64,000 nucleotides of DNA from positions 46,247 to 110,246 of IMG/VR virus record IMGVR_UViG_3300038620_000126; one strand, 5' to 3'. Made by a program: the position numbers and the translations under genes. The DNA is from a virus. How positions within the stretch are numbered: the first letter of the stretch is position 1; the number at the start of each line of letters is the position of its first letter. Shown piece by piece: positions 1 to 9,334 of this stretch. Below the pieces are notes generated by a model. It made no database searches. It had not been told where the DNA came from and was given only the letters and a program-made list of their open reading frames with translations.

Positions 1-119
1 TTATCTAAACTGTCATTTCCAATAGTATTTTTAATAAATTCAACAATGTTTATATCTCTATTGACTTCAGGGTTTCTTCGCTTTTCCGTTAAGTAATTTT
101 GAAAAGACTTTAAACGCAT
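1..119 (-). CDS. 5' part of a paralog of the 419..2080 protein (runs off the window); carries the N-terminal tag
   Basis: Not in ORF track. ATG at 119 reads MRLKSFQNYLTEKRRNPEVNRDINIVEFIKNTIGNDSLD, near-identical to the N-terminus of 419..2080. AATAAATA upstream at 133-140. Confidence 0.85.
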   Translation of the reverse strand, partial: MRLKSFQNYLTEKRRNPEVNRDINIVEFIKNTIGNDSLD

Positions 120-131
120 TTTTAATTTTTT

Positions 132-404
132 TTATTTATTTAAGTTATATTCTTTTATTACATTTTTAGTATCATAGTTAACATTATTAAAAATCTTATT
201 GTCATCTAAATCAAAAGCTTTAAGTTTTCCTTTTATATTATAACCGAATTGTTCTGAATGGGCATTTCTACCTGAACCCCCACGCCTCAAAAAAGTTAAT
301 TCTTTTTTATTGAGATTCATTTGTGATTTTAACCAATCAAGAAAAGGTTTATAATCTGTTTTCTTTTTTGATTTTACATAATCTTTGAATTTTTCTAGTT
401 CCAT
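132..404 (-). CDS. hypothetical protein (90 aa)
   Basis: Fills the gap between two paralogs on the same strand; no recognisable motif. Confidence 0.55.
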   Translation of the reverse strand: MELEKFKDYVKSKKKTDYKPFLDWLKSQMNLNKKELTFLRRGGSGRNAHSEQFGYNIKGKLKAFDLDDNKIFNNVNYDTKNVIKEYNLNK

Positions 405-418
405 TAAACTGATTTTTA

Positions 419-2080
419 TTAAGTGTCAATAAATCCACTAACATCTATAACATTTTTAATTTCTTCTACTGTAAATTCTTTTTTATTATCCATGATCATA
501 AAACCACGGACCTTTTCGGGTGCGCCTTTAAGAGATGTTAAGTTATTATGAGAACAATCAAACACCTTTTCAACTTCTTTGGGGGCACCTTCAAGAGATG
601 TTAATTGATTATTAGAACAATCAAAACCTTTTCTGATATAATTAGGAGCACCTTCAAGTGTTTTTAATTTATTATCAGAACAATTATAGTCACCTCCAAA
701 GTTAAATCCTTTTTGCTCAAATCCAACTTCCTTCGGCCCCCCCTTTAAACTTGTTAATTTATTATCAGAACATACAAAATTTCCAATAATTTTTTGGGGA
801 CAACTTTCTAAAGATTTTAGTTTATTATTAGTACAGTCAAGATCACCACCTATTTCATTTGGTAAACCTTTTAATGTTTTTAGATCATTAGATTTACATT
901 TTACATTTGTCTTTACAGTTGAAATGCCTTCTAATGTTTTGAGTTCGTTTAAGTTACATACAAATTCACCATCAACTTTTTTGGGGCATCCTTCTAAAGA
1001 TTTTAATTTATTATTAGAGCAGTCAAATTTTCTTCCTACATATTCAGGAATTCCAATTCTTAGAAGAGATGTAATACCGATTGCTTTACAAATAAAACTT
1101 CCAGTAACATTACCAAATTTATACTTTTCTGTAATTCTATAAAAATCTGCTTTACTATTAAAAAATACATCTCCATCAACATTAATTACATTGTTTTCTT
1201 TTATTTCATATCTTCCACGTATTACTTTATTAAGTAAGTTGTTTATGTTACCCACAAAATCTATTATGTCGTAGGAATAAAGATTTTCAATAACATCTCT
1301 AGTAAAAAATATAGCCTGTTCGGGTTCATTGGGATGAATAAACCAGTCTTCACCTCTATCAATAAAACCTTCAATACCTAAATCCAAATAAATTTTTGTT
1401 TTAAGCTGCGCTCCACCAGTTTTCACTAAGTCAACATAATTATTTATAAAAAACCAAAGCATTGAAACCTTTTTCTGTTTTTTAATAACAAGTTTTAACT
1501 TACTCCACATTTGATCCATTTCATAATCATTTGGTTTTATATTTTCAATTAATTCACTGACTTTATTATAGTCTTTTTCTTGATTCACAACAACTTCTAA
1601 CAAGTCAAAAGCAGCCTGCGGAAGGTTATCTTTTAATATTTTCTTTGTTTTACAAATTTTATAGAATTCTTTAATATGTTTAAAAGCTTTTGAATTTCTT
1701 GTTAATATTTTTCCACTTTTAACTTTTTCTTGTTTGATCTTGAATAGATGAATTATGTTAGAACCCCTTGGAAAAAATGGGTAAATATCTTTTATTTTAG
1801 TTTTAACTGAACTGTTATCGCTACTTTCATCATATTTACTTAGTAATTCATTATAGTCTTCTTTATTAAATGGATATGCATAATATCCAGCAGGAGTATT
1901 ATATTCGGTAAAAGGGTTTACAAATGTTACAGTATCTTTTTGTCGAAATGAAATAAACCAATTATCCAAACTATCATTTCCAATAGTATTTTTAATAAAC
2001 TCAATTATGTTTATATCTCTATTAACTTCAGGGTTTCTTCGTTTTTCTGTTAAGTATTCATAAAAATTTAATAACTTCAT
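419..2080 (-). CDS. tagged putative internal head protein: ART-like N-terminal domain plus leucine-rich repeats
   Basis: N-terminal MKLLNFYEYLTE tag. TPAGYYAYP...LGIEGFID...IHPNEPEQAIFF motifs suggest an ART fold. About nine ~22-aa repeats of the form F/L-x-C-x-x-N-x-L-x-S/T-L-E/K-G-x-P. Confidence 0.75.
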   Translation of the reverse strand: MKLLNFYEYLTEKRRNPEVNRDINIIEFIKNTIGNDSLDNWFISFRQKDTVTFVNPFTEYNTPAGYYAYPFNKEDYNELLSKYDESSDNSSVKTKIKDIYPFFPRGSNIIHLFKIKQEKVKSGKILTRNSKAFKHIKEFYKICKTKKILKDNLPQAAFDLLEVVVNQEKDYNKVSELIENIKPNDYEMDQMWSKLKLVIKKQKKVSMLWFFINNYVDLVKTGGAQLKTKIYLDLGIEGFIDRGEDWFIHPNEPEQAIFFTRDVIENLYSYDIIDFVGNINNLLNKVIRGRYEIKENNVINVDGDVFFNSKADFYRITEKYKFGNVTGSFICKAIGITSLLRIGIPEYVGRKFDCSNNKLKSLEGCPKKVDGEFVCNLNELKTLEGISTVKTNVKCKSNDLKTLKGLPNEIGGDLDCTNNKLKSLESCPQKIIGNFVCSDNKLTSLKGGPKEVGFEQKGFNFGGDYNCSDNKLKTLEGAPNYIRKGFDCSNNQLTSLEGAPKEVEKVFDCSHNNLTSLKGAPEKVRGFMIMDNKKEFTVEEIKNVIDVSGFIDT

Positions 2081-2124
2081 TAAACAAACTTTTTAACTAT
2101 TTATTTAGTAATTGCATTTTTAGT

Positions 2125-3684
2125 TTAGTTGTTAGTCATTTTCCACTTAATTTTATCAGTACTATAAATTTTTTCATATCCCATTTTTTTCATGATTTCA
2201 GATTCTGTATTATTACTTACAAAACTTTGATCTAGCTTAAATTTTTGTTGTATTCTTTTTTTAGAAAATGCAGATTTATGAATACGTTTATCACTTTTAT
2301 AATATGAATAATCTGGTTTAGTTTCATACACTTTTTGAAAACCTAACTTTTGATACATATCTCCTGTAAACATTGAACTATCAGAAAAACTAATAATTTT
2401 TTCTGGATTATAATTTTTAACAAAATAATTAAATAGCTTACTAGAACCACCAATAACATTTGTGTTAAGAATCGTAGCATATCGAGTAAGTTCCCAAACA
2501 TCTTCTTTGTTTTTTGATGTTGATATATTTCTAGTTCTTTTGCTAAAACTCATACAAGCTACCAGTCTTGTTTTATAATAAAGACCAAAATTTAATTCAT
2601 AAAAAGAATTTAAACCTTGAATGTGATTTAATTTATAAAACTTTTTGATTTCTTTTGGATTGACTTTTAACACACTACATTTTCTAGCATATACTTTATT
2701 TTCGGTTTTACCAATTGCATTTTTTATAAGCGACTTTACTATATCTGTTTTGTATTGCCAGTCATCTTCCCATACATGTATTAACCTGTATCCAGCTTTT
2801 TTGCAAAGATCTGTTTTTCTTTTATGGTAATATTTGTCATTTAAAAACTTATGTGAATGATAGTATAATCCATTGAATTCAATTGCTAATTTATAATTTG
2901 GTATTACAATATCAAGTTCATAAGGACTGATAAGTTTTTTATCATTAAAAAGTAATTCATTATAATTTATTAAAGAAGTAATATAATTTTTTAGTTGCAT
3001 TTCGCCCTTAGAAGTATATCTTTGACGTTTGTTATAACAAAGTGGAACACCATCATTTAACAACTTATTAACTTGATTTTTATTAATAGAAAATTGATTC
3101 TGTGTGCAACTACAATCATGACACTTTAATGTAATAGAGTTGGATTCATTTTTTAAAATTTTATAATTATCTTTTAATTTTTCATAATTATTTTTTACCC
3201 ATTCACTTAACACTTTTTCTTTTATATACTTTGATTGAGATGGTACTTTTGTGCCATATTTTTTAAGATTTGTGTTTTCTCTTTTTGCTTTAATTTCTTC
3301 AATTTGGTTGGGATTCTTAACTCCATACTTTTTAAGCAGTGTGTTTTCTTTAGATTCTTTAACCGAATTGTCTTGAGAAATATTAGTAACATTATAACGA
3401 TTTTGATTTGTTGCTTCTCTTTTTTTGTTTGTTATATTCTTTCCTTTTTTACGGCAATCTGAACTGCAAAATTCAGCAAATTTCTTTTTTTCGTTTATCC
3501 ACTTTGTTTTTAATCCACACCATTTACATGTTGGTAAAGACTTTAATCCGTTTTTATACAAATAAAACTTTTGTGAAGTTGTTAAATCTTCAGATTTTTC
3601 TACATCACTAAAGTAATCTTTTGTATTATCTTCAAAGTATTGTCTATGCTTTTTATATCTAAAATCCAGATTATCCATTTTCAT
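2125..3684 (-). CDS. Hef-like (Vsr/PD-(D/E)XK-type) homing endonuclease with C-terminal GNAT/Mom-like domain
   Basis: CKWC...CSSDC Zn motif, T(N/L)LKKYG repeats, ELDI...AIEFNGLYYHS...RLIHVWEDDW nuclease core, and ELTRYA...GGSSKLF...IISFSD...YQKLGF GNAT-like tail. Free-standing next to the capsid gene. Confidence 0.75.
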   Translation of the reverse strand: MKMDNLDFRYKKHRQYFEDNTKDYFSDVEKSEDLTTSQKFYLYKNGLKSLPTCKWCGLKTKWINEKKKFAEFCSSDCRKKGKNITNKKREATNQNRYNVTNISQDNSVKESKENTLLKKYGVKNPNQIEEIKAKRENTNLKKYGTKVPSQSKYIKEKVLSEWVKNNYEKLKDNYKILKNESNSITLKCHDCSCTQNQFSINKNQVNKLLNDGVPLCYNKRQRYTSKGEMQLKNYITSLINYNELLFNDKKLISPYELDIVIPNYKLAIEFNGLYYHSHKFLNDKYYHKRKTDLCKKAGYRLIHVWEDDWQYKTDIVKSLIKNAIGKTENKVYARKCSVLKVNPKEIKKFYKLNHIQGLNSFYELNFGLYYKTRLVACMSFSKRTRNISTSKNKEDVWELTRYATILNTNVIGGSSKLFNYFVKNYNPEKIISFSDSSMFTGDMYQKLGFQKVYETKPDYSYYKSDKRIHKSAFSKKRIQQKFKLDQSFVSNNTESEIMKKMGYEKIYSTDKIKWKMTNN

Positions 3685-3830
3685 ATGTTTTTGTATTTAT
3701 TTGACCTTTGACGTTAAAGATAATAAAAAGAAAAGTATTTTACAAAAGTTTAAAAATAAAAAACCCGTTCAACAATAAAACTAAACTGGTTTTTAGGTTT
3801 AGTGGTGGTTAGATTAGAGGAAATCAACAC
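3677..3830. repeat. 154-bp direct repeat, copy 1 (capsid 3' end, decayed terminator, promoter, endonuclease start)
   Basis: Aligns without gaps to 4427-4580 at an offset of exactly 750 nt, with a few substitutions. Confidence 0.95.
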
Positions 3831-3909
3831 TAGTGCTAGGCAATTTGAAAATTTGAACGATCTTAGAAAGGCTATTAACAATTTTTCTATTACTTTTATT
3901 TTAATTTGT

Positions 3910-3940
3910 TTGACAATTTACAACCATTTCTGTATATTTG
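3910..3940 (+). promoter_or_regulatory. early/host-RNAP promoter TTGACA-N17-TATATTTG
   Basis: Same architecture recurs at 27719-27749 and 50777-50807; TATATTTG matches the Bacteroidota -7 consensus TAnnTTTG. Confidence 0.7.
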
Positions 3941-4033
3941 AAGTTTAAATCACTTAAAACTTATTTAAGTGGTGGTCGCTATTTTTTAATTTCAAAATTA
4001 TTTTCAATTATGTAAAATCGAGTGAGAACAACT

Positions 4034-4424
4034 ATGAAGTACAACGCAAAGAATATTCTAGAAAAAATTAAAATCTTTTATTATAAATTAAAGGAGTGCT
4101 GGTTCATTTTGAAACAGCCTTATGAAGAAGAAAATCAACCTGAAGAACCAGACGTTATTGATTGGTTAGAAGTAATTGATAATCATATAGATTGTGCAAG
4201 ACACCATACAATGCAAGCAAAACAAAAAAATAGAAGCGCTAGAAAACTTACATAATAATAATGTAGTAAAAATATATCTATATAAACTATATGGTAAACG
4301 TCTAACTGATATAGCGACAAATCTTTATGATCCAGCATATACTACACTTGATAAAAACAATTCGGAGTTAATTGAAATAAAAAATCAACAATTTGACGCA
4401 CAAAAGAAAGAACAAAACTATTGA
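4034..4424 (+). pseudogene. frameshifted hypothetical gene (ORFs 4022..4255 and 4194..4424 joined at an A7 run)
   Basis: Removing one A from the A7 at 4224-4230 gives a continuous ...HHTMQAKQKIEALENLH... frame. Lies downstream of the 3910 promoter. Confidence 0.55.
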
Positions 4425-4426
4425 CA

Positions 4427-4580
4427 ATTTTCATATGTTTTTGTATTTATTTAACCTTTGACGTTAAAGATAATAAAAAGAAAAGTATTTTACAAAAGTT
4501 TAAAAATAAAAAACCCGTTCAACGATAAAGCTGAACGGGTTTTTAAGTTTAGTGATGGTTAGATTAAAGGAAATCAACAC
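4427..4580. repeat. 154-bp direct repeat, copy 2 (real capsid stop and intact terminator)
   Basis: Matches 3677-3830. Confidence 0.95.
4508..4544 (-). terminator. intrinsic terminator after the capsid gene
   Basis: AAACCCGTTCA / TGAACGGGTTT inverted repeat flanked by A and T tracts. Confidence 0.85.
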
Positions 4581-6384
4581 CACCAGCATCAGATGTTACG
4601 TCGAACGTAAGATAAGAAGTTTCTGGATACTTACCTGCCTCCGTGATAGCAGCGCGAGACTTAACTGCAATCTTTGGAGCCATAGTACCTTCAGCAATAG
4701 TGCTAATCGATTCTGCCATAAGGTATGGCATAAACTTAATTCCAGGTTCTTCATCGCTTCCCTTACGCATAACGCAAACGCGAGAATCATTCCACTGCAT
4801 GTTAGCATCACTATAAACAGTAACACCGAATACAGTACCATGAGGACTTACACTTGAGTTAGCTTGATCAAATGTATTTTGGAAGCTTGATGGCATGTAA
4901 CCAGCAACATCTACCATACTCTGAGTTAAACGTCCACTCATAACAGCGCAATTACCAGGTCCAATACGGTTGCGGTGATGCAAGAAACTTGCAACAGCAC
5001 CAATGGTTCTTGGAATTCTCCGTTGAATGGTTTCTTGGTTTTCATACAAGGTTGTGGTACCAGTGAAACCCAAAGCGTTTGCAGGTTGACCTGCACTAGT
5101 TGGGAACGTTGCTAGTGTATTATCTTTACCCGGGTAGGTTGAATAAACACCATTATTACCAATGTGTAAGTTGAAGTCCGATCCTTCAGTTTTGTAACTG
5201 TTAATATGGTTAGTCCAACCTAGTGCCATTGCGCGTCCAATCAGTGCTTTACTAAAGCTTTGAGTAAGCTCATTAACACAAGCACTTTCAGACATACCAA
5301 CAGCATCAATACCCCAAATGGATTGATAGTCTTGGATTTGTTCAGTCTTCAATGGTAAAGCAATTTGGAAAGTTTCTGCTTCTACCAAACGGCTGAACAT
5401 TTCCATGCCCAGTTCGCGATAATAGGTATTTTCACCAGTTTCGCGACTCATTGGGGAAGCATATGGACCTGCGTTAGCACCACTTGCATTACTGTTTGTG
5501 TATTGGCCAGCTTCAAAACCTTCAAAGTTAAGAGTAAAATCATCATTGTCTTGAGAACCAGCACCACTAAATCCGGGAATGTGGTTAGTAAGTGCAGTTG
5601 CCAGTTCTGCTCTAACGCCACCAAGCGCATTACTATCAGCAACAACACTACCACCACTAGTCGGATCAAACAACCGATAACTTGTAGTGGTTCCCGTAAA
5701 TACATCACTAATAGCCAAATTACCTGCGTTATTAGTGTATTGCACACGGAAAATTGGATCAGGAGTAATACGATGCTTACCTAAGAAAGTCAAGGTCATA
5801 ACTGTTTGGTTACTACCACTGCTTTCTTGAACTTCGTATTGCCGACCTTTAACCAAGCTATCAATAGTGCTTTGAGAAAGGTTATTGACAGCAATAACAT
5901 AAGGAGCATTTTGTTTGCCCTGACCACGAATTTGACCACCAGCATAATTGTACTCTAGATAAGGCAACATAATTGCAGGCTTATCCATAGGGATAACAGG
6001 GAAAAGATCAAAAGCTGGTGTTTCAGCAGCAACCTGAATTGATACAGGAAGGGCAGCAGGGAAAACATCACCAGACCCCGTGTTACCACGATAAAACACA
6101 TTTTGTGTAGAACCTTGTGGACCTGCAATTGAATTACCAGCACCATATTGTGCGGGGTTTGAAGGAGCTTGAACAGCACCAATACCATTAACATTACCCA
6201 AGGAAGCAGAAGTTTGACCAGCTTCGTTCAAAGGACCCATTGCACGTTTTGCATGGTTATGGCAATATTGGTACAGCCACTGCCTACGGGATTCAGATAG
6301 TTGACTAGTATCAATGTTCATACTTTGCAACACTGGATCCCATGTTTCTTTTAGTTTTTGACTACTGAAGTCTTTAATAAACAT
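4564..6384 (-). CDS. gp23: major capsid protein (T4 gp23-like)
   Basis: W.PVL N-terminus, LNE putative maturation site, and C-terminal GTVFGVTVYSD...GIKFMPY...PKIAVKSRAA typical of gp23. Directly downstream of the protease; higher GC typical of a highly expressed gene. Confidence 0.92.
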   Translation of the reverse strand: MFIKDFSSQKLKETWDPVLQSMNIDTSQLSESRRQWLYQYCHNHAKRAMGPLNEAGQTSASLGNVNGIGAVQAPSNPAQYGAGNSIAGPQGSTQNVFYRGNTGSGDVFPAALPVSIQVAAETPAFDLFPVIPMDKPAIMLPYLEYNYAGGQIRGQGKQNAPYVIAVNNLSQSTIDSLVKGRQYEVQESSGSNQTVMTLTFLGKHRITPDPIFRVQYTNNAGNLAISDVFTGTTTSYRLFDPTSGGSVVADSNALGGVRAELATALTNHIPGFSGAGSQDNDDFTLNFEGFEAGQYTNSNASGANAGPYASPMSRETGENTYYRELGMEMFSRLVEAETFQIALPLKTEQIQDYQSIWGIDAVGMSESACVNELTQSFSKALIGRAMALGWTNHINSYKTEGSDFNLHIGNNGVYSTYPGKDNTLATFPTSAGQPANALGFTGTTTLYENQETIQRRIPRTIGAVASFLHHRNRIGPGNCAVMSGRLTQSMVDVAGYMPSSFQNTFDQANSSVSPHGTVFGVTVYSDANMQWNDSRVCVMRKGSDEEPGIKFMPYLMAESISTIAEGTMAPKIAVKSRAAITEAGKYPETSYLTFDVTSDAGGVDFL

Positions 6385-6429
6385 AATTTTAGTTTTTTTT
6401 ATTTTTTGTTTTTTTGCGTTTTTTTGTTT

Positions 6430-8736
6430 TTAACGCGAACGGTACTTTAGATTTTCTTTTAATAGTTTGAGACCATCTTCATATCCCAATTCATTAGTGC
6501 TTTGCTCTTGTGCACTTTCATAAATACCGTTGTTACGACTTAGTCCTTGAAAGTTTTGCGATGATTTTGATTTTGTATCATTCACAATTGAATTAGACTT
6601 CCAGAACTTGTTAATTTTGTTTTGAGAATCGAAATTCCAAATTTTTGCCTGATTGTGAATTTGATTACGTTCACTCTCAGATAAGTTGTTCCAAACATTT
6701 ACATATTGCTTGGGCATATTTTTTATGTAGCTTGGGGCATTTTGATCGCTTTCATAAACCCTTCTACAAACTTCATAAATTTGATTTGGGTGATAAACTT
6801 GATTCTTAGCAATCTCATCTGAAACAATTTGCTTTTGTGCACTGGACAATCCATAGAAAAACTGTTTCTGATTTTCTGAAAGCATTCTAACAAATGGATA
6901 TAGTTCATCAACTGATTCTGAATAATGCCTTGAATAAGTTTGATTTGCTGCTTCTAATGCATTATCTACAGTTTCATCAATACTTTCAATTTCAATTGAA
7001 TCACCCAATTGATAGTGTTCCGTAATACCAGATTCATTCAGTGATTCTGCTATTGTTTCCGTATAATTAATGCTACTTTCAACACTAGGTTGTATTACAT
7101 CTTCCATGTAACTTCCAATTGCTTCAATATTTTCTTTTAGTTTATCTGAATAATTAATGCTACCTTCTAGGTATGGCTTAATTTCATCTTGTGTATAATC
7201 AATCAAATCATTAGTTCTTTCTGCAATGAATTCTGAATAATCTCTATTGCCTTGAATATTTTCACGAAGTTCTTCAGTATAATCAACAATGTGGTTTACA
7301 TGTTCTGCAATGTTTTCGCTATAATTAATAGCACTTTCAACATTGGGGCGAAGTTCACCGTCCATATATTCACGGTTGTTGTGTATACCTTCTCTTAATT
7401 CGTTTTGGGTATAATCAATAAGTTGATTGGTTGTTTGACCAATAGCTTCGGTATAACTAACTAGTTTATTGAATTTATTTTCAAGTGTATCAAAAGCATT
7501 TTTTATCTGCTTCGAATAGGCATTAATTTCATTTTTCAACTCTTTTATAGAGTTGTCATTTTCGAAAGTGTTGTTTTCTGCATAACCTGCAACACTATCA
7601 ATTTTATTTTCAATATCTTCAAACGCTTCATTAATTTTTCTACTATGTTCTTCCAAATAGTTTGAAATTTGTTCAATTTTGCGTTGTTGATATGAATTTT
7701 CTGGAACTTTAGAACGTAGGTTTTTAATTTCTTTTTCTACATTTCTAAAATTTTTGTTGTGGGCTTCTGCGAGCCTGTCAACTTTTTGCTTTAATTTGTT
7801 TGTGGTTTTTTCAGTTTCGTAACCCATTTCTTTTAGTTTATTTTTTGTTTTATTTATTTCATTTGTTTTATTTATTTCATAATTTAAATTTTCTTCTTCA
7901 GATTCATATTCTTCATCTTCAAAGTTTTCTGATTCAAAGTTTATACGATCTATCATTCTTTGAACCCTATTAACTTGTGATTCATTTAATGTATAGATAA
8001 TTTGATTTCCATAGTCAGAATCCAAACCAAAATCTTCATTTATAATGGTAAGGTCATCTGCATCATTTACAACACCCAATCTTGGTTCATAGTCAAAGCT
8101 TGAATAAAGTGAACTATAGTTTTTATTGTTCTTTTCAGCAAGTCTTTGAAGTTGATTATCAAGTGTTTTATAATATTCTCTATATTTTTGGCGGAGTTCT
8201 TCTCCCTCTTGAACTTGAGAAAGTTGAGCGCCCGAAAAACCGGGAACTGATACTAAATCATACGTAAAAATCTTTTTAATTTTTACTTTTTTATCATTTC
8301 CAACTTGACCTGCTGCTCTCGATGATATGTATAGCGGAACACCAGCATCAACTAAGTTTCTAGCCTGCTCCCCGTATATAGTGGGGAGTAAGCGAATTCT
8401 ACCTTCAATTGTATTATTTTTCTTATTATACCAAACATTTTCAACTTTATGAGATGCATTTTGAAGTGAAATATCAAAACCTTCTGGGTGATCCATTTCA
8501 CCCAACAAAGCATTCTTTTTAGCCCTTTCTTGAAGTTGCCCTAACTGGTTTAAGTATTCCTGTTTTTCATAAATTCGATTATTATCGTTTTCTTTATCAA
8601 GTTCTGCAAAAGTACCTTCTAAAATGTAGTCTTTTGTCTTTTTATTTTCATTGTTACCTTCATTTACAAGCTCAATGTTAGAACTACTTTTTTCCAGTAA
8701 AAAAATCCATTGGTTATCATTTGTCTTATTAGACAT
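6430..8736 (-). CDS. gp21: prohead protease (T4 gp21-like) fused to coiled-coil scaffold/core region
   Basis: LEGTFAE...NNRIY...LGEMDHP...ISSRAAG...YDLVSVPG protease motifs, followed by ~550 aa of acidic helical sequence with repeated (I/V)(D/N)Y(S/T)E units. Confidence 0.9.
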   Translation of the reverse strand: MSNKTNDNQWIFLLEKSSSNIELVNEGNNENKKTKDYILEGTFAELDKENDNNRIYEKQEYLNQLGQLQERAKKNALLGEMDHPEGFDISLQNASHKVENVWYNKKNNTIEGRIRLLPTIYGEQARNLVDAGVPLYISSRAAGQVGNDKKVKIKKIFTYDLVSVPGFSGAQLSQVQEGEELRQKYREYYKTLDNQLQRLAEKNNKNYSSLYSSFDYEPRLGVVNDADDLTIINEDFGLDSDYGNQIIYTLNESQVNRVQRMIDRINFESENFEDEEYESEEENLNYEINKTNEINKTKNKLKEMGYETEKTTNKLKQKVDRLAEAHNKNFRNVEKEIKNLRSKVPENSYQQRKIEQISNYLEEHSRKINEAFEDIENKIDSVAGYAENNTFENDNSIKELKNEINAYSKQIKNAFDTLENKFNKLVSYTEAIGQTTNQLIDYTQNELREGIHNNREYMDGELRPNVESAINYSENIAEHVNHIVDYTEELRENIQGNRDYSEFIAERTNDLIDYTQDEIKPYLEGSINYSDKLKENIEAIGSYMEDVIQPSVESSINYTETIAESLNESGITEHYQLGDSIEIESIDETVDNALEAANQTYSRHYSESVDELYPFVRMLSENQKQFFYGLSSAQKQIVSDEIAKNQVYHPNQIYEVCRRVYESDQNAPSYIKNMPKQYVNVWNNLSESERNQIHNQAKIWNFDSQNKINKFWKSNSIVNDTKSKSSQNFQGLSRNNGIYESAQEQSTNELGYEDGLKLLKENLKYRSR

Positions 8737-8752
8737 AGTTTTATTTTTTCTT

Positions 8753-8760
8753 TATTTATT
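8753..8760 (-). promoter_or_regulatory. putative late promoter AATAAATA of the protease-capsid operon (representative of about 20 copies)
   Basis: Same octamer lies ~7-22 nt upstream of most virion genes; resembles the T4 late promoter TATAAATA. Confidence 0.65.
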
Positions 8761-8771
8761 TATTATAAAAT

Positions 8772-8795
8772 AAAAAAGCGGCTTTGTAGCCGCTT
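8772..8795 (-). terminator. intrinsic terminator
   Basis: AAGCGGCT-ttgt-AGCCGCTT hairpin with U tract on the minus strand. Confidence 0.8.
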
Positions 8796-8834
8796 AGAAT
8801 TTGACTTTTAGTAAGTATTTCATTAAAGTGTTAA

Positions 8835-9233
8835 TTAATCATCATCTTCTTCACCCAAACCATATCTATCCTCTAACTCTTCCGCTGCTCCTTCTATTCC
8901 ATAACTATCTTTCATTTCAGCCGTTTCAATAACATGTTTCATAACTTTTTCTTTTAATGAACCACCATCTTTATCTTCTGCAGCATCTAACAGTGCCATT
9001 AAGTCATTTTCAAATTCTAAATCAAATTCATCTGCTGCATCTTTCATAGCATATTCAAGTGCATCATCTTTTACATTGTCTGCCACTGCGTCTGCTATAT
9101 CATCAATATCAAATTCGGAAAATGCTCTGTTAGAACTTAAATTAAATTCAAGTTCTTCATTTATCTTCTTTTTATTTTTTGAAATTTTATTTTCTTTGAT
9201 AAATTCATTAAATGTAGGTAGTTTACTTCTCAT
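8835..9233 (-). CDS. tagged acidic protein, putative internal head protein
   Basis: MRSKLPTFNEFIKE tag, then INE, then a very Asp/Glu-rich body. Confidence 0.75.
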   Translation of the reverse strand: MRSKLPTFNEFIKENKISKNKKKINEELEFNLSSNRAFSEFDIDDIADAVADNVKDDALEYAMKDAADEFDLEFENDLMALLDAAEDKDGGSLKEKVMKHVIETAEMKDSYGIEGAAEELEDRYGLGEEDDD

Positions 9234-9288
9234 AATTATTGTTTTTGTTATTTATTTAATAAAAAAAAATCCCACTTCAAAAGTGGGA
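9199..9288. repeat. 90-bp module, copy 1: terminator + late promoter + leader + tag codons
   Basis: 89/90 identical to 10014-10103. Confidence 0.95.
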
Positions 9289-9291
9289 TTT
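9261..9291 (-). terminator. intrinsic terminator
   Basis: AATCCCACTT-caa-AAGTGGGATT hairpin with A9 (U tract on the minus strand). Confidence 0.85.
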
Positions 9292-9334
9292 TATAAAATG
9301 TTTAATTTATTTTTGTAGTTTAGTAAAAACTTAA

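Noticed and set aside
132-404. MELEKFKDYVKS as another copy of the tag
   Set aside because: Only a partial match, lacking the terminal Glu, so not counted
480-1100. ~66-bp periodic DNA repeats resembling a CRISPR array or DGR repeat
   Set aside because: They are degenerate codons of the LRR units within an ORF; no identical repeats with unique spacers, and no reverse transcriptase in the window
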